In this document: piece by piece, positions 36,465-46,900 of the stretch
How positions within the stretch are numbered: the stretch's first letter is position 1
Layout of the letters: every line of letters starts with the position of its first letter
Source of the DNA: Macrostomum lignano
Lineage: Eukaryota
Length of the DNA stretch: 64,000 nt
NCBI GenBank assembly: GCA_002269645.1
Contig: NIVC01001774.1
Location: forward strand, 62,001-126,000
Direction of reading: 5' to 3'
Made by a program: the position numbers and the translations under genes
Notes under the pieces: model-generated
The model's database searches: none
Seen by the model: only the letters and a program-made list of their open reading frames with translations
What the model was told of the DNA's origin: nothing

Positions 36465-36870
36465 TATACTGGCCATAGACTAGAATTTACTCCTCGCTTT
36501 CAACACTGCATAGAATAGACAGTGGCCATAGACTAGAATTTACTACTCGCTTTCAACACTGCGGAAATAGATAGTGGCCATAGACTAAGAAATTTACTTC
36601 GCGCTTTCAACACTGCGTGGCATAGATAATGGCTATAGACTATGGAATTTAATGCACGCTATTAACACTACGTGGAGTAGATACTGGCCATAGACTATGG
36701 AATTTATGCACGCCGTTAACACTACGTGGAATAGATAGTGGCCATAGACTATGGAATTTAATGCACGCCACACACTACGTGGAATAGATAGTGGCCATAG
36801 ACTATGGAATTTAATGCACGCCGTTAACACTACGTGGAATAGATAGTTGCCATAGACTATGGAATTTATG
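36465..36870. repeat. ~55-bp degenerate tandem repeat (GGCCATAGACTATGGAATTTAATGCACGC...)
   Basis: About 7 units downstream of PDE8. Confidence 0.85.
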
Positions 36871-37071
36871 CACGGTGTAATAATAATTCATGAAATAATT
36901 CATTGTCACTCAATTCGCTGTCGAGGCATGCCTTCATTGACAGACGTAATTGAAATTGTCTATGGTAAAGGATCATTTTAGTAGAATCAGCCTCGTAGGC
37001 CCCTAGGATAAGCTAGTTGTAGAAGTGGAAAATAAATTCTTGCATGCATGAAGCATTCCTGGAAGAGTCTC

Positions 37072-37135
37072 TCATTGGCTGACTAAGTCTTCCCGATTGA
37101 CAGGTGAGCTGCTGTTGCCGATCGGGATTTATAAG
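37072..37135 (+). promoter_or_regulatory. Candidate promoter (inverted CCAAT + TATA) of the secreted peptide gene
   Basis: ATTGG at ~37074 and TTTATAAG at ~37127, about 120 nt upstream of the ATG. Confidence 0.4.
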
Positions 37136-37252
37136 CCGGGCTCACTTGCCAATCTCCGCCCTCACCCGTCCCGGACCAAGCTGAAACTCCTCATTCGCCT
37201 CACTCCCCTTTTGTTGAAGAAGAAATCAGTTTCTGAAGAATCTTGCACAGCC

Positions 37253-40048
37253 ATGCCAGCCAGCTGCTCTCTGCCGATCATCGTGCTGCTGTCCGTGGCG
37301 GCTCTCCAGCTGACGCTGAACCCCACCCCTGCCGACGGCTTCTCCGGCATCGTGTCTGGCGGTGGCAAAGCCTCCGTAAGATTCACTTCTCAGCTTGTAA
37401 GGCTTTGCCATTTCTATGTACTTTTCCATGCTGGACCGTGGCTTTCTTCCCCAGTGCGGCATTGTGTCTTGGTCTTAACAGTCCGGTTAACTTGCCCTTA
37501 ATTTTCCATTGTCGTTTGCACTCGCTAATTTGCTGTGTTACATGTTTGGCGTTGCTGTTTTGACAATAATTCCCAGTGAAACTTTATTAGAATATTAACA
37601 TTGACTCTGTCCCTCCCATACACCGATTCTACAGTGCCAGGTCGAAGGCGGAGTCTGCTTCACCCAGGGCGCCTGCTGCGAGGATTTCAGCTGCGAAGGA
37701 GTCACCATAAGTGCGTGGATTTGATATTTGACTGTTGCCCAATTATAAGGGAGTGAGGCGGGTGCAGAGAGTACGGGCTGGGTAAGAGGGAGGGAGTGGG
37801 GTGTGTGCAGAGAGTACGGGCTGGGTAAGAGGGAGGGAGTGGGGTGTGTGCAGAGAGTAACTGGCTGGGTAAGAGGGAGGGAGTGGGGTGTGTGCAGAGA
37901 GTACGGGCTGGGTAAGAGGGAGGGAGTGGGGTGTGTGCAGTGAGTACGGGCTGGGTAAGAGGGAGGGAGTGGGGTGTGTGCAGAGAGTACGGGCTGGGTA
38001 AGAGGGAGGGTGTGGGGTGTGTGCAGAGAGTACGGGCTGGGTAAGAGGGAGGGAGTGGGTTGTGTGCAGAGAGTACGGGATGGGTAAGAGGGGGAGTGGG
38101 GTGTGCAAAGAGTACGGGCTGAGTAAGAGGGGGAGTGAGGCGGGTGCAAAAATACTGGCTGTGTAGTTGTAGTAAGACGAGGCCAGAATATTAAAGCAAT
38201 TAACGGGGAATTCAGAGGCGAAGAGACGTTGAACCTTTGAATGCATGAAAGATCCTCCAAGGCTGAGCCAATTAAGCATCTGTCAAAGCCAGAAAAGGCT
38301 TTGACATCATTTTCTGCAACTGATGACACACCGGCACTTCTGTATCACTTCTGTACAACTCCAACTACTTGCGACGGTTGTAAAACTTTTCCACTCTCTC
38401 CAGTGGCTGCAGATGCTGAGGGGCTGTCGCGTCAGTCAACTCAGCTTTGCGTGGGGGGCAACTTGATTGACTGCTGGGGGGGGGGGGGATGGGAGACCCG
38501 AGACCCCGGTCGAAGTGCAATTTTATCGGATTTAGCTCTGGCAGATGTGGCTTTGGGAGGCAGTTTAATTGGCACTGAAGCGAGGCAAAATTTTTGAGGA
38601 GTTTTTAATGCAAACCTCTAGCAAGCTGACAGCTTAGTACGGTAAAATGAACAGATTTGAATGAGCCACTCGTTTTTTGTGTCTGCATTTTACTGATTAT
38701 GCCAATCAGGCTTCGAGTCAAAATGCGCAAGTGCAACAGCGGCCCGTAGGTGTAATATTCAATAGATGTAGAAGGCTATAGAGAAGGATACCATTAACAC
38801 TCCCTAACTTAATACATTTCTCCTTTCTTCGACTGAAGGAAGGTGATGATCCGTGGGCCTGAGCTCATTCAGTACAATATAGAGCATCTTTTCAATATCT
38901 GTTGACGTTAATTTTTGCTGGATTCGTAACACCTTTGCAGCAAGAACCATATAACTTGATGCTGGTTCTAAAACAATATAACTTCGATCAGTACTCCTTA
39001 GCCTAGGCTACAAAAGGGGTTGGACTCACGAATGAAAGGGAGGAACAAAGGAACAATTTGTTCCTTGAGCAAGACACTTAGCTATGCGTTGCTTCAATTC
39101 ACCCAGCTGTAAAATGGGTGCCAGCATTAGCTGGGGTAATTGAGGGTGTGTGTGGCGACTCCCCAGTCCTTGGACTGAACAGCCGTACGCAGCCTTCAGA
39201 TGCACAGCGCAATAGCTGTAATTACTATATTATTATCTTTGGCCTAGGAGCAGCAACTTTCTACGAGTGATCGTCAGGCATGTACACTCTCTGCGCCTTT
39301 GGGTTTGGCCCTCGTGGCTGTGAAGCGCAGGACAACCTCCCCGCCTTTGCGTTTGGCCCTCGTGGCTGTGAAGCGCAGGACAACCTCCCCGCCTTTGCGT
39401 TTGGCCCTCGTGGCTGTGAAGCGCAGGACAACCTCCCCGCCTTTGCGTTTGGCCCTCGTGGCTGTAAAACGCAGGACAACCTCCCCGCCTTTGGGTTTGG
39501 CCCTCGTGGCTGTGAAGCGCAGGACAACCTCCCCGCCTTTGGGTTTGGCCCTCGTGGCTGTAAAACGCAGGACAACCTCCCCGCCTTTGGGTTTGGCCCT
39601 CGTGGCTGTGAAGCGCAGGACAACCTCCCCGCCTTTGGGTTTGGCCCTCGTGGCTGTAAAGCGCAGGACAACCTCCCCGCCTTTGGGTTTGGCCCTCGTG
39701 GCTGTTGCAGGACAACCTCCCCCGGCCAGTTTTCGTCCACTGCCCTAGACCTTCCGCACCAGCCGTCTCTCGTTTCTCTCTCTTCTTCCAGGCTCGCCCT
39801 ACGGCCGCTGCACCTCCAGGCGGGCCAACATGCGACTCGCCGGCGAGGGCGCCTGCCAGACGGACGCCGACTGCCCGGCGGCCAGCTGCTGCGTCGCTGT
39901 GCGCAGCCGACGCGGCGCTCCGACGAAGCGTCAGCCACGACGCGGTCGACGCTGCGGCGAGTGCGGCGTTGGCGTCGAGAATTCGGACAGCATGGAGAGC
40001 CTGTTCAACCAGTACTACAGCGCCATGATGCGGAAGCGATTCGGCTGA
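37253..40048 (+). CDS. Secreted cysteine-rich peptide precursor (151 aa; knottin-like + colipase/prohormone-3-like modules; ends RFG)
   Basis: Exons 37253-37375, 37635-37710, 39792-40048, GT-AG, phases 0 and 1. Signal-like MPASCSLPIIVLLSVAALQLTLNPTPADG; C-x6-C-x5-CC-x4-C-x11-C; C-x5-C-x4-CC-x20-C-x2-C; dibasic sites; AATAAA at 40207-40212. Confidence 0.82.
37760..38150. repeat. ~41-bp G-rich minisatellite (GTGTGCAGAGAGTACGGGCTGGGTAAGAGGGAGGGAGTGGG)n
   Basis: About 9 units in intron 2 of the peptide gene. Confidence 0.95.
39055..39230 (+). mobile_element. CORE-domain SINE fragment
   Basis: CCTTGAGCAAGACACTTAGC...CACCCAGCTGTAAAATGGG resembles the CORE-SINE consensus CCTTGGGCAAGTCACTTAACC...CTCATCTGTAAAATGGG (recalled); ends in a TAT-rich tail. 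Confidence 0.55.
39290..39722. repeat. 48-bp minisatellite (GGGTTTGGCCCTCGTGGCTGTGAAGCGCAGGACAACCTCCCCGCCTTT)n
   Basis: About 9 units ending ~70 nt before the exon 3 acceptor. Confidence 0.97.
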
Positions 40049-41319
40049 CTGAAGCGGAGCCAGTGGATTCATCAATCAAAATACACCTTCGGAACGGCAT
40101 TGTTTGAGACTAAATATTTTTAAGCTCAATTCAACACCAAAAAATGGCTAACGCGTTGAGCAACAAACAGTTGAGATTTTGAGGCAAAGATAAAACAAAA
40201 AGAATGAATAAATTTGAGGTAAATATTCATGCTTATCCTGTTCCGCATCAAGCAGAAATGTCAAAGGCTTCAACTTATTTGCTGATGAAAGTCAAGCTTA
40301 ATTCCCCGTCTATGGGCACTGTGATTAGCAGTCTGGGGCAACAGGTGGCACACAAGTTCTCGCTTGACTTACCTCTTCAATATTTCATAGTTCGTGCCTG
40401 CTATGCCCTACAATTTTCTACCTCCTATTTCAGCTTTCATCTTCTATCATCATCAACTTTCTTTGATTTAGCCGCATTCGGCTTTCGTTCGGCTCATGCC
40501 ATCCAACCTGCTCGAACCATTAATTTTCACCTGCCGGGCCTGCTAAGCACCTGTGGCCCTTCTCGTCCGAACTTTTTGAACAAGCTCATCTATAAGCTAC
40601 CTATAAAACTACTGACGCATACTTTGTAAAATTAAATGGAACTTTCTTTAAATGGAGCTAAACTATATAGCCTAGCGTGACAGCTCCCGGATCATCAGTA
40701 TGCGGTGACTTTCATTGAAGGCTTTTAACTGACAGCTTCGAAATTTTGGCTAGGACGTGATGGACCTCAACTGGAGGACATCCGGCCGCCTGATGGCACA
40801 GAGAAGGGGTGTGGGAAACTCCCACATCCACTCCTTGCTAGAGAGTCAGAGAGAGAAAGTGTGCATGAGCTACTCACGCGAGAGCGGCCCCCGACTCTGT
40901 TTAGAATGTGCATGTGGGCGCTGAGAATGAACTCCCTTGATTAAAACTCGACCATTGATTTCTGTCGGGTACGGATCGGAATGCCAATGCAGACTCGCTT
41001 TTTTTACTTCGTTCCATCCGACTCAGCGCATGTATATCCCCCTCTGGGAATTTCCTTTTCACTGGCTCGAAATGGAGATTTCGAATGAAGAAAAGCGTGA
41101 TGTACTGACACGCCGAACTGTTGTCACGGCTTTTTTAAACAAAATTTTAGTTTTTACTCTGTTCACCATTCCACTGCGATTGCATTGGTGGGGCAAAAAG
41201 ATTACAGCCGAAGAAGTTTATTGATGATGAAGCTTTTGTGCGGCATCTGTCGTATCGTCTCACTCTTTGACAGAGTGCACGGAGCATTTTGTATTGCAAC
41301 AATGCTCTATTGATCAAGT

Positions 41320-41690
41320 GAATCTAGGGGGCTGCGTGCACCCTGGCGCACTTTAAGCGACATTGTCGCACAACCGGCGAGAGGCATTGCTGCCCATTCC
41401 GCCCGACTCCCCTGAGCAGGCAGACAAGCGCGCGGATACGTACGCAGTCACACGCACAGGCACACACTCACACAGGAGTGTACAGCGGCCCTAACTTTAT
41501 TTATCGTTAGGCATGTACACTTCACTGTGCCTTGGGGGTTGGCCATCAAGGCCGTTAATTGCACGAGCAGAGCCCAGCCGAGATTTCAATTTAGCCCCAA
41601 ATTAATGTGACTGCACTGGGAATCGAGCCTGGGCCGCTGGCCCATGAGAGCGCCACGATGGACCACTGGGCTACCCCCCCCCCCTAAGAC
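41320..41690 (-). mobile_element. tRNA-derived SINE, copy 2
   Basis: Reverse complement of 33602-33975; A-box TAGCCCAGTGG and B-box GGCTCGATTCC on the minus strand. Confidence 0.75.
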
Positions 41691-41824
41691 ATCGACATAG
41701 TTTAGCCTATTGTTCACCCTACTATACACCTGTATTTATCTGGCAATTGTTCAACCTACTTCTAAGCTTCATAACTTATTGTTGAGCGAATCACGCCAGC
41801 AATTAGTTATGGAAGTCTTGTTGT

Positions 41825-42210
41825 GCTTTTGGCTTTAGCCTTTAGCAATTGTCAGTCTAGCGGTCTGTTGACCTCTGACGCGTCTATCATTTATTTCATA
41901 ACTCAATGGCATGGTTCAATTCATCAACGCAGTCGCGTAACCTTTTGGCTTTGGCTTTGCTTTTGGCTTTAGCCCTTAGCAATTGTCAGTCTAGCGGTCT
42001 GTTGACCTCTGACGCGTCTATCATTTATTTCATAACTCAATGGCATGGTTCAATTCATCAACGCAGTCGCGTAACCTTTTGGCTTTGGCTTTGCTTTTGG
42101 CTTTAGCCCTTAGCAATTGTCAGTCTAGCGGTCTGTTGACCTCTGACGCGTCTATCATTTATTTCATAACTCAATAGCATGGTTCAATTCATCAACGCAG
42201 TCGCGTAACA
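41825..42210. repeat. 134-bp tandem triplication
   Basis: GCAATTGTCAGTC recurs at 41845, 41979 and 42113. Confidence 0.95.
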
Positions 42211-43179
42211 AAAATGTCTATGGCAAAGCCATCAACCCACAACAAGTCTTAAGCGGTTTAGTTTTGACACCGATGTTACAAGTATTTGCTCGCTTTTGTG
42301 TGCAAAAGGTTTTGCAGCTCCCGTCAGATAACTGTTTCATTGGTCTCCACTTCAACGCATGCTTGTGAAAGGTTTTGAATTTCCCCAGTTTTTGTACTTC
42401 CGTGAACTGCGCCGCTGCATGGTTCGGTTGCTGCCGCTGAGGGCAAACAATTTTTCTAAATTGGAACACCTGGGTTAGAACCTGATCAGGCAAGACTACA
42501 TTATTGATTCAGTTATGGCTCTGTCAGCCTTTCCCATGAAGTAGCGTATCCATGACTGCATGATGCTTCTTAAGATATGCATTTGTTCTCAAGATACGTC
42601 TATCAGGCTATGCAGTCCATGAGAGTGCAAGAGATGATCGGGTGCCTTGGATAGATAACAAATCTTTAGATTTGAACTAAAATGCTATTTCGGAGATTTT
42701 GTTGAACAAATACACGAGCTTATGCGTAGCTAATGCGCTGCTATCGCTGAAGGTTGAAAATCTGTTTACTTTTGGTGTGGCCCAAGTTCGCTCAAGTATA
42801 GAGAGGATGGTTTGAGCAGATTCTTTTGCTGATGCGTCCTGAGCACGTCTGCTGCTACAGTACATAATTAAACTGAACGGTTCAGCTACACGTAGTCAAA
42901 TACTCGTACTTTGCAATAATGTACTTTAGCACTCGTACGATAATTTTCTGGAGACTTGGATTGCCCTGGAGACCCAGGAAGAATATTTTTGAGATTGAAG
43001 TCGGCATTCCCTTAACACAATTGTCGTGCCAACCTACGAGTACAATGACTTAATAGTGACGATTGCATGTAACTTGCAACATGCTTTAGGGTGAGTTTTT
43101 AAGTGTCTACCAGAACTGATTTTCACGCTTAATCTGAATAAATTCTTAGGGGTGTCAGCTGCAGAGGGGACGCGCCAGC

Positions 43180-43680
43180 TACAGAGAGGAAGTGTGAGCC
43201 ACAGAGAGGAAGTGTCAGCCACAGAGAGGAAGTGTCAGCCAGAGAGGAAGTGTCAGCCACAGAGAGGAAGTGTCAACCACAGAGAGGAAGTGTCAGCCAC
43301 AGAGAGGAAGTGTCAGCCACAGAGAGGAAGTGTCAGCCACAGAGAGGAAGTGTCAGCCACAGAGAGGAAGTGTCAGCCAGAGAGGAAGTGTCAGCCACAG
43401 AGAGGAAGTGTCAACCACAGAGAGGAAGTGTCAGCCACAGAGAGGAAGTGTCAGCCACAGAGAGGAAGTGTCAGCCACAGAGAGGAAGTGTCAGCCACAG
43501 AGAGGAAGTGTCAGCCACAGAGAGGAAGTGTCAGCCACAGAGAGGAAGTGTCAGCCACAGAGAGGAAGTGTGAGCCACAGAGAGGAAGTGTCAGTCACAG
43601 AGAGGAAGTGTCAGCCACAGAGAGGAAGTGTCAGCCACAGAGAGGAAGTGTCAGCCAGAGAGGAAGTGTCAGCCAGAGAG
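43180..43680. repeat. 20-bp minisatellite (CACAGAGAGGAAGTGTCAGC)n
   Basis: About 25 units. Confidence 0.97.
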
Positions 43681-43737
43681 GGGTACACACTGTAAGATAA
43701 AAGCTTTGCAATTTTTGTGACCAGTTGCACCAAAAGG

Positions 43738-43910
43738 TCAGTAGACCGCAAACTGCCCTCTCAGATCTGTCAGTAGACTGCGAACTGCCCTCCCAGATCT
43801 ATCAGTAGACTACGAACTGCCCTCCCAGATCTATCAGTAGACTACGAACTGCCCTCCCAGATCTGTCAGTAGACTGCGAACTGCCCTCCCAGATCTGTCA
43901 GTAGACTGCG
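43738..43910. repeat. 32-bp minisatellite (TCAGTAGACTGCGAACTGCCCTCCCAGATCTG)n, short array
   Basis: About 5 units; same unit as 53455-54150. Confidence 0.93.
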
Positions 43911-46900
43911 GGAAATGAAAAGTTCAATAAAAAAAACTGCATGACGTCAAGATATAAGTTGCCCCAGTGAAAAAGATCTCAAGGCTCTCAAGGATCAAGC
44001 AAAAGCATATTGTATGTCAAAGACAGTCTCTGAGCAGGACGAAGCAACAACAATTACCTTTGTCGGTTGCTTGCATTGGCTAATCTTATACTCTGAGCTA
44101 ATGTACTGTTTTTGCTTTATTTCGTTTCCAAATAGTTTTGAAATCTCTCAATGTTTTACCTTGATAAATTTCCGTAAAAGATATAATTATATAAACTATA
44201 ATTTTGCTTAATAACGTCGGCAAAAAACCACCATTTCAACAACCATCAGACGAGTAGCGGTCTTTTGAGTGATTCGAAACGATAGCTGCTAATGTTAACA
44301 TGTGATGATAATCCCTTGTTTCTTTTTTGGGGCAGAAGTTTTCTTCTTTTAAGGCAAGCAACAAGACGATAGCAATTAAAATCTGCCCATTGTACGAAGA
44401 AAGAAGGATGTGAGCTTAAGACCCTCAAATGGAAGCGGTGGCCGATGGATCCCGTTTCTCTATCGGATCCCACAACTGGAGACACTACTTTCGTAAAAGT
44501 AAGGTCGAACCTCCCACAGGAAGACCGAGACCGGTTTCTGGCTTGTTTGCCTTCGTCGTGAAGTCAGCAATAGGCACACGCCGCGTCCTCTTCCAACTTT
44601 CTCAGTGTGCACAGACGTTTCTTTTATGTTGCCATTTCATTAATGACGATATTTTGAGGCTGTGTAAGAGATTTTAAGATTCAAATCTTTATTCGTTTAC
44701 TTTTCTCAGTAGTATAAATTAAATCTCTCACAGCTTTTTTCTTTTCCCTTTTACGCGTAGGTCTTTAGCGTTGGTTCGGCCCTTTGACTTGTCGCTTCAA
44801 AAATGCGGTTTACATTCTGGAAGTGAAACGGTAGGATGGAGAATGGAGAATGGAAATAGAGACACGGTAGGCTATAATATTGAGCCTTCTCTCCAATTAG
44901 ATCCAACAAATTGGACTGGCAATAAGGGAAGAGTCGTCGAGAACTGCCTTCCTCTTCGAATTCTAAGTCAAAACTGAGCAAAACTATCTACGTCTGTTTC
45001 CTAGCAACTGCACATGCTGATAGTCAACATTTATAAGTTTTGTTTCCTGCAGTTCTTAGCTCGTATTTTGATTGGTGCTTCAGTTCATGAGCAAAAGCAT
45101 TTAGAACTTGTTACAACTTGTTAAATTATTCGAAATAAGAAATAAGCCTCTTGTCTGTGGCATTCACCCATTTTTACAATGGCGATTTCAGCCATGCAGT
45201 TCTGAATGCTATAATTGCTCATGAACAGACATTTTCACGCTCTTAATTAGCTCTTAGCATTCCGAGCGAGCTGCACGATTCTTTTTCTTTGAAGTCTTGA
45301 AATTCAGCTACATACATTCTAGATGACTATATACTCAGCTACAGAAATAGTAAACATTTTTTTAAAAACGTTAAAATAAAATTTTTCGCATTTCAATAAT
45401 TACGTTTAATTAGCTCTGCACTTTAGCTTTTGCTTAACTGCGTATTACCAAAAATTAAAATGTTTATTTTTCGCAATTTACAAGAAAACAGAACTGTATT
45501 ACCGTATTTTTATTTATTTTTCAATGATAATAGCAGACGATGTGTTGCAATTCACATTTTAACAATTACATATGTAATGTAAGGCATAAATAAAGCTGTT
45601 TCAAATAAGCTACATACCGAAAATAATATATCTATTGTAATTCGGTATATCTGTTGTGCTTAGGCCTAGGCCTAGTCTATTTCTATCTGTGACATTGTCA
45701 ATTTTAGTAGCCCCGTCAAGGGCCGTTTAAACATACGGTACCAATCTGTAATATTGTCAATTTAATGGTCCCGTACTCTTACTTCTGCTTAAAGTAGTGG
45801 CCAAAGAATTTTAAATAACTTGCGTACGTTTGTAAGCCTCAGTACAGTAGGCGATCGATAATTTCTGTTTTTCTCGCCGGCCAATAGAAAAGCCGCGCAT
45901 AAATTATGTTAGCCTGAAATTAAGTTCTCCGAGCGCACCCACCCCCAGCCCGCTCTTTATCAGTCCTGTCTGGCTGGGGCGCTCGGGGTTGCCGGCCTGC
46001 CTGCCTGCCTGCCTCCTGCCTTCTCGCTTCCCCCTTTCTCTGGCCTCCTTGCTTGTTTACTCGTTAGCCAGCCTTAGGCTCCTTAAGACTCTTGCCACCC
46101 CGGCACTCCGTGTTTGCTTGCCTTCTCTCCGCCTCGCTCCGCCACGGTTCTAAACCGCGCTTCTGCCAAGCCTCAGTCACGCCACTCTACTGTCTGTTCG
46201 AGCTCTCGCTGCGAGCACCGCCGCCACACGTTCACTGTCATCACGCTGTTACCATTGCCTCAGGCTCCTCGACTCGTCCTTTCGCCTACCAGAATTTATC
46301 TATCTTATTGTTGTGTAACCGCCAGTGCATTTCTTCCAGATTCAGCAATTACTCTGCCCTATCTCTGTTGCCCGCCCAGGCAGAACTGATAATAATAGTA
46401 AGCTTAACTATCCTCTTCTATTGTTACAATAAACAAGACTGCGGCCATTGCCCACATCAGTTGTACTATCATCAAGTGCTACCGCTACAAATTGTGCCTC
46501 TGCCGTGTTGCCTCGTTAATCATTTTTCGAGTCTGCCAAATAAATCGTCACACTATCCTATCCCCTATTATTCTTGTATTTGTCTTGTAACATAATGTGG
46601 CGTGGCGAGTAATGATAGGCCTATAAATGTTAATAAAATAGTCAGCCTAATAATCCATTGGCCCACTCTTCCTATATTTTTCAATTTAAGGGTAGATAGC
46701 CGGCATTGGGCATTGGTCCTTTTGTCCTATTCCTATGCTCCATGTCCTAGGCCTATTCCTATGCTGTATGGCTATAGAATTGTATAGACCCCCTTAGACC
46801 TAAGAATGTTCCCGATACCATTATAGTATAGCTTGTATTGGAGTCTTATTATTAGGCAGTGTTTCATTATCCATTAACACTTTCCAATATATTATAGTAC

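Noticed and set aside
46246-46620. Possible LTR ending GTAACA followed by TGGCG (PBS-like)
   Set aside because: No matching 5' end with TSD and no downstream gag/pol
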